DNA from: Candidatus Bathyarchaeota archaeon
Lineage (GTDB): Archaea > Thermoproteota > Bathyarchaeia > Bathyarchaeales > Bathycorpusculaceae
DNA length: 64,000 nucleotides
Assembly: GCA_963768425.1 (NCBI GenBank)
Contig: CAVYHV010000014.1
Coordinates: 96,001-160,000 of the forward strand
Direction: 5' to 3'
Shown one piece after another: positions 30,255 to 39,521 of the stretch. Numbering within the stretch: position 1 is the stretch's first letter; the number at the start of each line of letters is the position of its first letter. Under the pieces are notes generated by a model. The model was given only the letters and a program-made list of their open reading frames with translations, was not told where the DNA came from and did not search any database. A program made the translations under genes and the position numbers.

Positions 30255-31262
30255 ATGTTAACCATCAATAAACTCAGGAAAGATGAAGGCGGACAATGGC
30301 GCTCCGACAATTTAGAGGTTCTGCCCGACAAAATCGATGAGGATTCCATCCTGTGGGTTGACGCTGAAGATCCTGATGAAGCTGAAATGGCGAAGTTAGC
30401 AAGCTATTTCGAGTTAGTTAATTTCAATGTGAAGGAATTTGACGAGCATGGACGTCGGTCGAAAATTGAAGAAGTTGAGAACCGTGTTTCCTGCTTTGTG
30501 AGTTATCCGAGCAGCGGCGAGTTTATGCCGGTGGCAAGAACAAAATGGATTGCCTTAACCATAAGCAACAGATGGATCGTTTCCGTTCACAAAGGTCACT
30601 CAGACATAACCTGCGAAATCTACAAGAAAATCAGCACCCACGGCTACTTTGCCCTTTCACTCGAACCGTCTACGGATATCCTACTGTACATAATATTAGA
30701 CCTGATTCTGAACGAGTGCTTCCTAGTTTCTGACATGGCTCACGAAAGGCTTCAGTTTTTAAGCCAAGAAGCTGCAAAAGGCTTCAGACAGCGACCGAAG
30801 GAGCAAAACAGGAACATAGGGGTGGAAATTGCCAGGTCAAGAGAGCAAGTCTTGGCTCTTAGGCAGGCGATAGGACCTCTCCGTGAAGTTGCAGCAAGGA
30901 CGGCAAGAGGCGAATTCGCCATAGTTTCAAGTGCAACGCTTCCGCGTTTTGAAGATCTTTACGATAGGACAATATCACTCATAGACGTTGTAGATACTCA
31001 CCGAGAAGAAATCCAGGACATCGTCGATATCGTTATCAACGCCCAAACTTTGACAACTAACAACATAATCAGGGTATTAACCATCATTTCAGCGATTTTT
31101 CTGCCGCTCACCTTGATTGCGGGCATTTACGGGACAAACTTCGGACGGGGATTCTCAGTGCCAGGAAGTAATTACAGTTACGGTTTCTACATCATGATTG
31201 TGGTGATGATCAGCGTTTCAGCGGGGCTCATCGCTGTTTTTCGAAGAAAAGGCTGGATCTAA
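30255..31262 (+). CDS. corA: CorA family Mg/Co transporter
   Basis: WVDAEDP, LTIISAIFLPLTLIAGIYGTNF (GMN variant), KGWI. Confidence 0.88.
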   Translation: MLTINKLRKDEGGQWRSDNLEVLPDKIDEDSILWVDAEDPDEAEMAKLASYFELVNFNVKEFDEHGRRSKIEEVENRVSCFVSYPSSGEFMPVARTKWIALTISNRWIVSVHKGHSDITCEIYKKISTHGYFALSLEPSTDILLYIILDLILNECFLVSDMAHERLQFLSQEAAKGFRQRPKEQNRNIGVEIARSREQVLALRQAIGPLREVAARTARGEFAIVSSATLPRFEDLYDRTISLIDVVDTHREEIQDIVDIVINAQTLTTNNIIRVLTIISAIFLPLTLIAGIYGTNFGRGFSVPGSNYSYGFYIMIVVMISVSAGLIAVFRRKGWI

Positions 31263-31453
31263 AGAGAACGTTCTGCTGTCTTGTTTGAACGCTTGCCAAT
31301 GGGTTAGTTTTATATATTAACCGATACAATATTTTTAGAACTATGTTGCATAAAAAGCAATATGGAAACAGGGATAGCTTAGGGCAACAGTTCGCTTTTC
31401 CGTTAATTTCGCATAAAATTTCGTTAACAACGACATTTGGAGGCATGAACTAA

Positions 31454-32938
31454 TTGACTGACGCAGTGCCTAATGCTCCGACTCAAGGGGAAATAGACGG
31501 CGCAAAAATAATTGCTCGCCAAGATCGGATTCCCATTTGGTCGCTCTCTTACTTGTTCTTGGGCATACTTGGAATTGGATACATCTTCATTTTCTTCGAT
31601 ATTTTTAACATCAACGTTTCTTTTATTCAGACCGCGTTAACGCTCGGCTGGGCGACGTCTCCCACTTCATCAGCGATAACGAGCCTAGAAGGACTTGTTG
31701 TTCTTTTGAACCTGATTGGCTACGTTATTGGCGCTTTGGCTCTCAGCCCATTCTCAGATAGGTTCGGAAGAAGAGAAATGCTTATAGTAACTCTTTTGAT
31801 AACAGGAATTGGCTCTCTTTTCAATGCGGTCGTCACAAATTACTGGGAATTCACCGCTGCAAGGTTCATTACAGGCATTGGAGTTGGTGCCGACCTTGCC
31901 ATCGTCAACTCATACATTAATGAGGTGGCTCCAAAAAATGGCAGAGCAAAATACACGTCATTCTTATTCGTTCTTGCAGGAATCGGAACCGTTTTGGCCG
32001 TATGGGTTGGCCTCGTATTGACCACGCCAGCTACTGCATTTCCCAATGGTCTTCCGTTTGCGCTTGCGAACGCTGGAACATTTTTGGCAACGAACGGATG
32101 GCGAGTAATGTACGCGATAGGAGGTCTCCTTGCGCTCATAGGCGTATTGCTTAGATTTGGGTTGCCTGAATCGACTCGTTGGCTTATAACGCATGGTCGT
32201 CCCAAAGAAGCCGATAGAATTGTTACGGAAATGGAAACACGCGCCTTGGAGTCTATGGAAGAACTTCCGCCCCTACCCGAATCACTTCCAATAGTCCAGA
32301 AGCCGCAACCAGTTCCATACAGGGAAATATTCACGAATAAGCTTTACAGAAACAGAACTATCCTTCTCTTCTTCGTGTGGTTCTTCGGCTACATGACTGT
32401 CTACATCAACGCTGCTGGGCTGTCAACAATTCTTGCGGGCGCAGGGTTCGCTTTTCCAGAAAACGGAATAGTTGTTGCTTTAGGTATCTTCGGATTCGTC
32501 GTTGCAGGAATAATGGCGTTCTTCTTAGGAGACAAAATGGAAAGGAAGCTTTGGCTACCCATCTCCGCAGCCATCACCTTCGTAGGTGGTATACTCATTG
32601 CTTTCGGCATCAGCAATTTAGGGCTTGCAGCCATAGGCGCACTGCTCATCTTCATAGGCATGGACTTCTTCGTTCCCATAACCTACACTTGGGTCACAGA
32701 AAGCTATCCAACGCGTGCAAGGGCCACTGGATTCGCAATGGCGGACGGACTAGGGCACTTAGGCGGCGGTATAGGACTGATAATCGTCGGGGCACTTTTA
32801 TCAATAATGAAATCTGCCTCGGTCGAATCGATACTTGTGCTATTCGTGATAATCGCGATGTTCCAGGTAATATCCGCAATAATAGCGCAATTTGGACCGA
32901 AAACAGCCAACAAAAGACTAGACGAGGTTTCACCTTAG
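31454..32938 (+). CDS. MFS transporter (sugar/aromatic acid porter-like)
   Basis: SDRFGRR, ARFITGIGVG, PESTRWL, ESYPTRARATG. Confidence 0.9.
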   Translation: MTDAVPNAPTQGEIDGAKIIARQDRIPIWSLSYLFLGILGIGYIFIFFDIFNINVSFIQTALTLGWATSPTSSAITSLEGLVVLLNLIGYVIGALALSPFSDRFGRREMLIVTLLITGIGSLFNAVVTNYWEFTAARFITGIGVGADLAIVNSYINEVAPKNGRAKYTSFLFVLAGIGTVLAVWVGLVLTTPATAFPNGLPFALANAGTFLATNGWRVMYAIGGLLALIGVLLRFGLPESTRWLITHGRPKEADRIVTEMETRALESMEELPPLPESLPIVQKPQPVPYREIFTNKLYRNRTILLFFVWFFGYMTVYINAAGLSTILAGAGFAFPENGIVVALGIFGFVVAGIMAFFLGDKMERKLWLPISAAITFVGGILIAFGISNLGLAAIGALLIFIGMDFFVPITYTWVTESYPTRARATGFAMADGLGHLGGGIGLIIVGALLSIMKSASVESILVLFVIIAMFQVISAIIAQFGPKTANKRLDEVSP

Positions 32939-32973
32939 AAACGGCTTTCCCCGCAGCAATTTTTTTCTTTTTT

Positions 32974-33681
32974 TTAGTTTAATTTGAAGTAGATGCGTCT
33001 GTTACTTTTTCCTTTATTCTCAGTTTTCAAAAGCTCGACTTGCCCAACTTCCCGCAGGTTCTTGACATGAGTCCCTCCGTCCGCTTGTTTGTCAACGCCG
33101 ACGATTTCGACGATTCTCAGTGACGGCAGTTCAGGTGGGAACGCTCCAGCCATCTTTATAACGCCGGGAATTTTCATAGCTTCTTCACGGGGCAACTCAT
33201 ACCATTTCACGGCAACGTCGGTGCCAAAAAACCTGTTAGCCTTCGCGAAGTACGTTTCTAAGACTTGGCGGTCGAACGTTTCCAGATTGAAGTCGAATCT
33301 AATGTGGTCCAATTCAAGCTGGTTGCCCGTGATAAGAGCGCCCGTGCCCTGATTAAGCAGTGAAGCGACAACGTGGGCTGCTGTGTGACTGCGCATTAGT
33401 TTGTACCTCCGCTCCCAATCCAGTACTAGATGGACCTTATCACCTACTTGGAGCCCCTGACGGTCAACTTCATGTGAAATTTCGCCCGAAAACTTACCTA
33501 CATAAATCACGCTGTAAACTTCGGAGCCTTTGATTATTTTGCCTGTGTCGTTTGGTTGTCCTCCGCCTTTAGCGTAAAAGATTGTTTGGTCTAAAACAAC
33601 GAATTTTCCCTCATTAACCGCAACCACTTGCGCATCGGATTCTTTGAGGTAACTGTCAATCAAGAATAATGCTTTAGTCAT
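32974..33681 (-). CDS. alaXM: AlaX-M alanyl-tRNA editing protein
   Basis: FYAKGGGQP.D.G, MRSHTAAH, ADGGTHV, KGKSNRR. Confidence 0.9.
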   Translation of the reverse strand: MTKALFLIDSYLKESDAQVVAVNEGKFVVLDQTIFYAKGGGQPNDTGKIIKGSEVYSVIYVGKFSGEISHEVDRQGLQVGDKVHLVLDWERRYKLMRSHTAAHVVASLLNQGTGALITGNQLELDHIRFDFNLETFDRQVLETYFAKANRFFGTDVAVKWYELPREEAMKIPGVIKMAGAFPPELPSLRIVEIVGVDKQADGGTHVKNLREVGQVELLKTENKGKSNRRIYFKLN

Positions 33682-33782
33682 ATCCTTGTCGCCGTTAAGC
33701 GTCTATGCGCTGAAAAGCATATCAATTTTGCGCAGTTAAAAGAAAAAGCAAAATAGCACTTGCTTAGACAGTAATCTGTTGA

Positions 33783-35048
33783 TTGTTAATGCAGTTGGCG
33801 AAGTCTAGAAAAGCCCTCACTGACCCATACTTCTTGATTCTGTGCGTCATGGGAGCCTTCGCCATCTTAAGCTCCACCATGTCAAAAGACCCAGTTCTAC
33901 CCTTTTTCGTCTCAAAACTCAACACTCCCGCTGACCTTACCGGGTTCATCGCTGCCGCCTCCACTATCCCGGGAATCTTGGTCAGTTTGCCAGCCGCTTC
34001 ATTATCAGATCATTTTGGCCGAAGAAGATTTGTCCTACTTGCAACCTTCATCTTCGCCTCGGCGCCTTTCCTGTACTTGCTGGTTACGGCTTGGTGGCAA
34101 CTTGCACTCGTCAGGTTTTACCATGGCTTTGCAACCGCGATTTTTGTACCTGTTGCTGAAGCAACGATTGCAGAGCAGTTCCCAGCGAAAAAAGGCGAAC
34201 GTATTTCCGATTTCAACGCTGCAACATATGTTGGGAGAGGACTTGCACCCGCTTTGGGCGGTTACATATTGCTTTTGACAAATCAAGGCTTATCAACTCC
34301 GAGTAACTTTGCAACGTTATACGTAGCTGTCGGCGTCTCAGGCATAGTTGCGTTTGCAATTGCGCTACTTTTGCTTAGGGAGACAAAACCCATGCTCGCA
34401 GACGCTCCGAAGGCGCAGTTTTCAACCAGGAGCCTGTTGAGGGGTTGGCTTGAGGTTGCAACTAATAAGGGCACTTTGGTCGTTACGTTTGTTCAGTCAG
34501 TGCAGTATTACGTTTTCGGTGTCGTGGAATTCTATTTGGTGTTGTACATGCAGAAGGTTGCGGGTCTTAACTCGTTTGAAATAGGCATCGTCATGACTGT
34601 GCAAATCGTTTCTTTGATAGTGTCTAGACCTCTAATGGGACGTTTCTCCGATAGAACCAGCCGACGCATACCCGTCGTCATAGGCTGCCTCTTAAGCGGG
34701 GCGCTTCTGCTCATAATTCCATTTATCACGCAATACTGGGTATTCATTCTGATTTCCATTGGCTACGGCTTAGGCTTTGCCATGGTGGTTTCGTCAACTT
34801 CACCAATCATGGTTGAGGTCAACAGAGACTGCCTCATAGGCACTTCAATGGGTTTCTTGAGCACCATGATGGACATAGGACAAGCTATCGGACCCATAAT
34901 AAGCGGCGTAATCCTAGCGTCAATTCTCAGCTACACCGGCCTCTTTTCATCTTTGACGTTACTGCTTGCCGCGTCGGCTGTAGTCTTTTTTGTGTCAGGC
35001 GTAGCCAAAACAAGAGAAAAGAAAGAAAAAGCTGCCGAAAAACATTGA
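33783..35048 (+). CDS. MFS transporter
   Basis: SDHFGRR and GRFSDR motif A repeats; about 12 TM. Confidence 0.88.
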   Translation: MLMQLAKSRKALTDPYFLILCVMGAFAILSSTMSKDPVLPFFVSKLNTPADLTGFIAAASTIPGILVSLPAASLSDHFGRRRFVLLATFIFASAPFLYLLVTAWWQLALVRFYHGFATAIFVPVAEATIAEQFPAKKGERISDFNAATYVGRGLAPALGGYILLLTNQGLSTPSNFATLYVAVGVSGIVAFAIALLLLRETKPMLADAPKAQFSTRSLLRGWLEVATNKGTLVVTFVQSVQYYVFGVVEFYLVLYMQKVAGLNSFEIGIVMTVQIVSLIVSRPLMGRFSDRTSRRIPVVIGCLLSGALLLIIPFITQYWVFILISIGYGLGFAMVVSSTSPIMVEVNRDCLIGTSMGFLSTMMDIGQAIGPIISGVILASILSYTGLFSSLTLLLAASAVVFFVSGVAKTREKKEKAAEKH

Positions 35049-35062
35049 AAAACGTTTTCCAA

Positions 35063-35479
35063 TTAGGCTTTAGCTTTTTTACCGCCAAAATATTCTTTGA
35101 GCGGATTCCAATACCATTCTATCCAGCCGTCGGCAGCGTCATCTGCTATTTCTTCCGGAAAATCCGTTTGAACCATGACAAGCTCCGTTCCCTCAGGTAC
35201 CTTGTTAAAACACAGCTCCAGCCGTGAAGGGCCGTAGCCTTCTGGAAAATCAGTCGATGTCCACTCTTGAACTACCCGTTTTCCATCCTCAAGCTCAAGG
35301 TATTTTCCAGAAATATACCCGTCCCAAGCTGTAAATTTGCCTCCGACTGCTGCTTTGCCAGTGGCTTTGCTTCCTGTAAATTTGCTGTGTTTTTTCGGGT
35401 CAACATATGCATCGTAAACTTCTTTGGGAGATGCTGGAATTACCGCTTTTTGTTTTAGAGTTCTGACTTTTGTTTTCAT
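35063..35479 (-). CDS. SRPBCC/AHSA1-domain protein
   Basis: VYDAY, GGKFTAWDG.I.G, VQEW, GW...YW; GGTGA SD before ATG 35479. Confidence 0.85.
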   Translation of the reverse strand: MKTKVRTLKQKAVIPASPKEVYDAYVDPKKHSKFTGSKATGKAAVGGKFTAWDGYISGKYLELEDGKRVVQEWTSTDFPEGYGPSRLELCFNKVPEGTELVMVQTDFPEEIADDAADGWIEWYWNPLKEYFGGKKAKA

Positions 35480-35550
35480 AAAAAGCTCACCATAAAATCT
35501 AATGTGGAAGGGTTTTTTAACTTTAACTGTTAACTTACAATTGACCAAAA

Positions 35551-35772
35551 ATGGGAAGATGCACGGTAACGAAAGGTCAACGAAGAATCGGTAGAACCAT
35601 TCGGAAGCTTGAGGGAAGCGTGGAGCTCAGCGACAAAGAAAGTAAAGCCAAAGTAGCAGAGAAAAGCTATAGGCAAAAAACCCAAGCCGCTTCAGGGTAT
35701 ACGGATGATTCGCCCATTCAGAATTTGCGTGACCCAGCTAAATGGGAAAAGACAGATAAAAAGCAGCAGTGA
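35551..35772 (+). CDS. small basic hypothetical protein
   Basis: 73-aa ORF; start uncertain. Confidence 0.45.
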   Translation: MGRCTVTKGQRRIGRTIRKLEGSVELSDKESKAKVAEKSYRQKTQAASGYTDDSPIQNLRDPAKWEKTDKKQQ

Positions 35773-35789
35773 AAAAATATTTTGTCAAA

Positions 35790-35910
35790 AAGAACGAATT
35801 GCCCAGCGAACCGAACGTTCAACAAGAGGTAGGTAAGATCGGGAATCCGTCTCTCTGGGGTTAATGGGGCATCTTGTTAAACGCCGATTCGCTGAAGCTT
35901 TGCTCTCTGA
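35790..35910 (-). ncRNA. candidate structured small RNA (23-bp stem with G-U pairs)
   Basis: Arms 35872-35894 and 35804-35827 pair; all mismatches are G-U on the minus strand; U-rich tail follows. Confidence 0.55.
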
Positions 35911-36029
35911 TCGCTATGTGCTATTCTCGGCAAAAAAACAATCACTTTTGATCTCTTATTAGTTTCACAAATAATCTATAGAAAATCTATAGCAGGCATT
36001 TAGGATGTCTTAAGTTTTTTAAGGCGGAA

Positions 36030-36413
36030 ATGTCTAGTTTTATTTGTGATTTTATGTCTGCTTCTTTGAATGTTGATAATAACTGGAACTTTAGGGTCTT
36101 TGATAAGCGGTTGATTGTTGTAAAAACCAAGAATGAACGCATTCGCAAAGCTGCTATTTTGGACGTTTTAACAAACGTGATGTTCGCCGTTGAAGTGCCA
36201 GATATTATTTCTATGGGGGAACTCGCAGTAGAAAAGGAGTATTCGGCTAACCTCAGAGTCTACACCGCGAAAAACATTGAAGGCGTCGACATGGACTTTG
36301 TTGATTTTTTTGAAGTTGTAGACGTAGACCAAGACATTGAAGACTTCATAAAAGCGTACTGGATTTACCCAAGCAAAATCCGTTTTGAACTAATCGATCT
36401 TGAAGAACCCTAA
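36030..36413 (+). CDS. hypothetical protein
   Basis: 127-aa acidic ATG ORF. Confidence 0.6.
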   Translation: MSSFICDFMSASLNVDNNWNFRVFDKRLIVVKTKNERIRKAAILDVLTNVMFAVEVPDIISMGELAVEKEYSANLRVYTAKNIEGVDMDFVDFFEVVDVDQDIEDFIKAYWIYPSKIRFELIDLEEP

Positions 36414-36824
36414 ATTAACAAGCAAATTGTTAAGACACAACATGTTTACTTCAGAATATTTAGGCTAATCACCATCAGACCGCATGCAAAGCTCTTGTGA
36501 GTATTGAATAATACATTTCACTTATTTGCAACTTAACTGAGATGGGGCTAAAGGAAACACGATTAATTCAACCGTTTCAGTGTCAGTTTTTTCCGTTGGC
36601 TTTTTCTTTTGCTGCAAATTTTCTTCCAAATATCTAGTTTGGTAATTTAGTAAATTACACATGATTGTTATTTTGAAATTTTACCTATTAGGTTTTATGA
36701 ATTGGTGATCCATAAAAGATGTACCGTTGACATCTCCGCAGCGCTGATTCAAATCAACCCTTTGCGTCCCAATTTTTTTGTGGATTCCTAAAAGAACTTA
36801 AAATTAAGTCAAAACAAACCTAAA

Positions 36825-37730
36825 TTAACGTAGAACCATGTTCACAAATTTTTCAGGGTTAAACAGTTCCAGATCCTTATATGTTTGACCAACTCCGATA
36901 AAGAGAATCGGCTTTTGAGTCACATAGGTCACGCTGAGAGCTGAACCTCCTTTCACGTCAGCATCAACTTTCGTCAAAATTGTCGCATCTATGGCGACAG
37001 CTTTGTTGAATTCTTCTGCCTGCATAACCGCATCGTTGCCAATCAGCGAATCCACCGTTAAAACCGTCAGGTCAGGGCATACGACTCGTTTCACCTTGAT
37101 CAGCTCATTCATCAGGTTCTGGTTAGTTTGCATCCTGCCCGCCGTGTCAATCAAAACAATGTTGATTCCGTGAGCCTTCGCGTGGTTAACAGCGTCGTAG
37201 GCAACTGCCGCCGGGTCACCTCCATAGTTACTTTTGATAACACGTAAGCCCAAACGTTTCGCATGCTCTTCCAACTGCTCGATTGAGCCAGCCCGGTAGG
37301 TGTCTGCGCCAGCAAGCACCACAGAATAGCGTTTATCGGTAAAAAATTGGGCTACCTTGGCTATAGTTGTAGTTTTTCCCGTGCCGTTGATGCCGACAAA
37401 CATTAAGATAAAGGGCTCTTTATTCTTCCGCTTTTCCTCAGCTAACTTTAGCAAATCAACTTTTACGTTCGTTAACATGACTTCTAAAAGGACTTGACGA
37501 AGGTTTTCCTCAACGATTTTCTTGCGATCATCCAACCTCTTAACTTGGACGCCGACAAGGCGCTTTTCAAGGTCTTCGCTGATTTTGTCTGCCACTGGAA
37601 AAGCAACGTCATTCTGGCAAAGGCTCATTTTGAAATCTGATAAAATAGGATTCAGGTTTTCGTGTTTAAACTCGGTTGTAGTAACCTTACTTACTAAGCC
37701 TTTAAAACCCGACTTGAGCTTCTCAAACAT
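36825..37730 (-). CDS. ftsY: signal recognition particle receptor FtsY
   Basis: GINGTGKTTTIAK, DTYRAG, DTAGR, TKVD..KGG; start MFEKLK at 37730. Confidence 0.95.
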   Translation of the reverse strand: MFEKLKSGFKGLVSKVTTTEFKHENLNPILSDFKMSLCQNDVAFPVADKISEDLEKRLVGVQVKRLDDRKKIVEENLRQVLLEVMLTNVKVDLLKLAEEKRKNKEPFILMFVGINGTGKTTTIAKVAQFFTDKRYSVVLAGADTYRAGSIEQLEEHAKRLGLRVIKSNYGGDPAAVAYDAVNHAKAHGINIVLIDTAGRMQTNQNLMNELIKVKRVVCPDLTVLTVDSLIGNDAVMQAEEFNKAVAIDATILTKVDADVKGGSALSVTYVTQKPILFIGVGQTYKDLELFNPEKFVNMVLR

Positions 37731-37734
37731 CGCT

Positions 37735-38175
37735 TCAAGGTTTCCCTTCTCTAGCTGATGAAAGCATATTTTCAAGCCTGCTTCTACCCGTGTTTATCCG
37801 TTCAGCCACCTGACTGAACTGTTGCTGGGCTGCATTCATGGTTTTTTCCAGTTCATCAAGCCGTTGTTTAAGGGTTACTTTTGCTTCAGCCAACGTTTTT
37901 TCAATCGAAACTCCGGCACCCATTCCCACGATAACTGTGTTTGTGTCGGCAAGTTTTGCTTTTACGTATGCGCTTCCTCCGATGGGAACCAGGAGTTCAG
38001 TGTTTTCTTTTTCTTTTTCTATTCCGTCTAACGTCATGTTTGCGTATGTCAGGTCTGAGATGGCGGCGTTTACCATGCTTATGCGTTGCTGCAGGGTTTC
38101 CGCAGTTTGCTCAAGATATCGCATTTCGACGCTGAGGCGTCTTAATTCTTCTTCCGATTTGTCTTGTTGCGCCAA
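37735..38175 (-). CDS. pfdA: prefoldin alpha subunit
   Basis: Coiled coils flanking LLVPIGG...VIVGMGAG; conserved position upstream of ftsY. Confidence 0.93.
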   Translation of the reverse strand: MAQQDKSEEELRRLSVEMRYLEQTAETLQQRISMVNAAISDLTYANMTLDGIEKEKENTELLVPIGGSAYVKAKLADTNTVIVGMGAGVSIEKTLAEAKVTLKQRLDELEKTMNAAQQQFSQVAERINTGRSRLENMLSSAREGKP

Positions 38176-38189
38176 ATCCTTATTCCTCC

Positions 38190-38417
38190 TTACATTTCCG
38201 TGACTATTTTTTTCAGAATTGGATTTTCAATCTGGTCGGCTGTGATTTCTTGGACATCATTAATTGTAATGTGGCATCTTTTAACGCGGTGTCTGCTGCC
38301 TATTTCGGCGTAAACCTTCTCCACTGCATGCTCGCTCTTGTCAGCCAACAGTTCTCTCACGAACGGAGTCTTCAAATTCGGCTTGCTGATTTGGCCGCTA
38401 ACTTTGAAAGCTTTCAT
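38190..38417 (-). CDS. rpl18a: 50S ribosomal protein LX (L18Ae/eL20)
   Basis: A.EKVY..IGSRHRVKR..I.I motif; conserved gene order. Confidence 0.92.
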   Translation of the reverse strand: MKAFKVSGQISKPNLKTPFVRELLADKSEHAVEKVYAEIGSRHRVKRCHITINDVQEITADQIENPILKKIVTEM

Positions 38418-38730
38418 TTTTCATCTTTCCGCACAACAACCACAGCGTTCCCAATAATAAACATATTCACCGAAAAACATGTCTAAACTGTACAAACTAC
38501 GCAGGGCCGCAAAAGCAGTTGAAACCAAAGATTATCAGACGCTTTTTGTGAAGGACCTTCCAAACTTATCGCGTAAGCGGAAGTCTGTAAGAAGAAGACA
38601 CTGGGAGATTATTCATAGTCGACAAACCCACTTTCAACGAGATTTTCCTGAATTTTTGGGGATAAACTTAGCGTTGGCTGGATCTGCGTTTTTAAAAAAT
38701 GATTTTTTTGGGATAAAAAGACTGGGATTT

Positions 38731-39399
38731 TTACAAAGTGCCTAAAGCATGCTCGATAATGAACATTTCAGGCCCAGTTGTCATGGATCCAGCGACCGAT
38801 GCATAAGAGTTAGCAATCAAGCCGGTTCCGACATATGGGACACCACAGTTAATTGTACCTACGTCAACGGGAACTTTGAAAACAGTCTCCAGGATTTTTC
38901 TTTCCTCATCCTTCAGCAGCGGGTGAGCAAGCACTCCCTTGTTGGTTGCCACAGCCAACGAGCCAACATATGGCAATGCAGCTATTTCCGTCGGCACCAC
39001 TTCGACGCCGAGGGTTTCGCTGATTTTCTTGATTTCAGCCTCTTTGAAACGCGGGTCGCAGACAGCGCCTTTGTCATTGGCTAAGACCAGGTTGCCGTAA
39101 GCGGTCTTCTTGGTTTCCATGATCGTGATTTTTCCTTCGTAAGCTGCTTTGATCTCTACGAGTTCCTCCTCGCGCATATAATTTGGCAGTAGCATGCCAT
39201 TGGAGTTTGCACAAATCAAAGCCCCTGCCAGAACCGACCCGCCTACTGCTGTGTAAACAAGCTTAGCGTTAAGCCAATCGGCGATTTCTTGGGCTTTTTC
39301 TTTCGGCACCATGCGCGGAATCATCACTATGTTCTCGGTTGCCATCGAATAGACGCCGATGCTTGGGCTTCCGACTATGCTGGATAAGTAAACAGTCAA
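38731..39399 (-). CDS. eif6: translation initiation factor 6 (aIF-6)
   Basis: IGVY, ANSNG, GNLVLANDKGA, GTINCG..YVG.G, TTGPE. Confidence 0.93.
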   Translation of the reverse strand: MTVYLSSIVGSPSIGVYSMATENIVMIPRMVPKEKAQEIADWLNAKLVYTAVGGSVLAGALICANSNGMLLPNYMREEELVEIKAAYEGKITIMETKKTAYGNLVLANDKGAVCDPRFKEAEIKKISETLGVEVVPTEIAALPYVGSLAVATNKGVLAHPLLKDEERKILETVFKVPVDVGTINCGVPYVGTGLIANSYASVAGSMTTGPEMFIIEHALGTL

Positions 39400-39521
39400 G
39401 AACTAATTTCTCCTTGGAAGACTCACAGTGTCGATGTTTCATGCAAACACCCTATTTTAGATTGCGGTGACATCAACATTTTCTGAAAGAAATAGATAAA
39501 AAAAGAAGAAATTGGGGAAAT

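Noticed and set aside
36530-36610. 10-bp stem followed by T-tracts as an sRNA (similar small hairpins at 27827-27841 and 29313-29349)
   Set aside because: Short stems with no shared motif or clear promoter; could be chance or terminators
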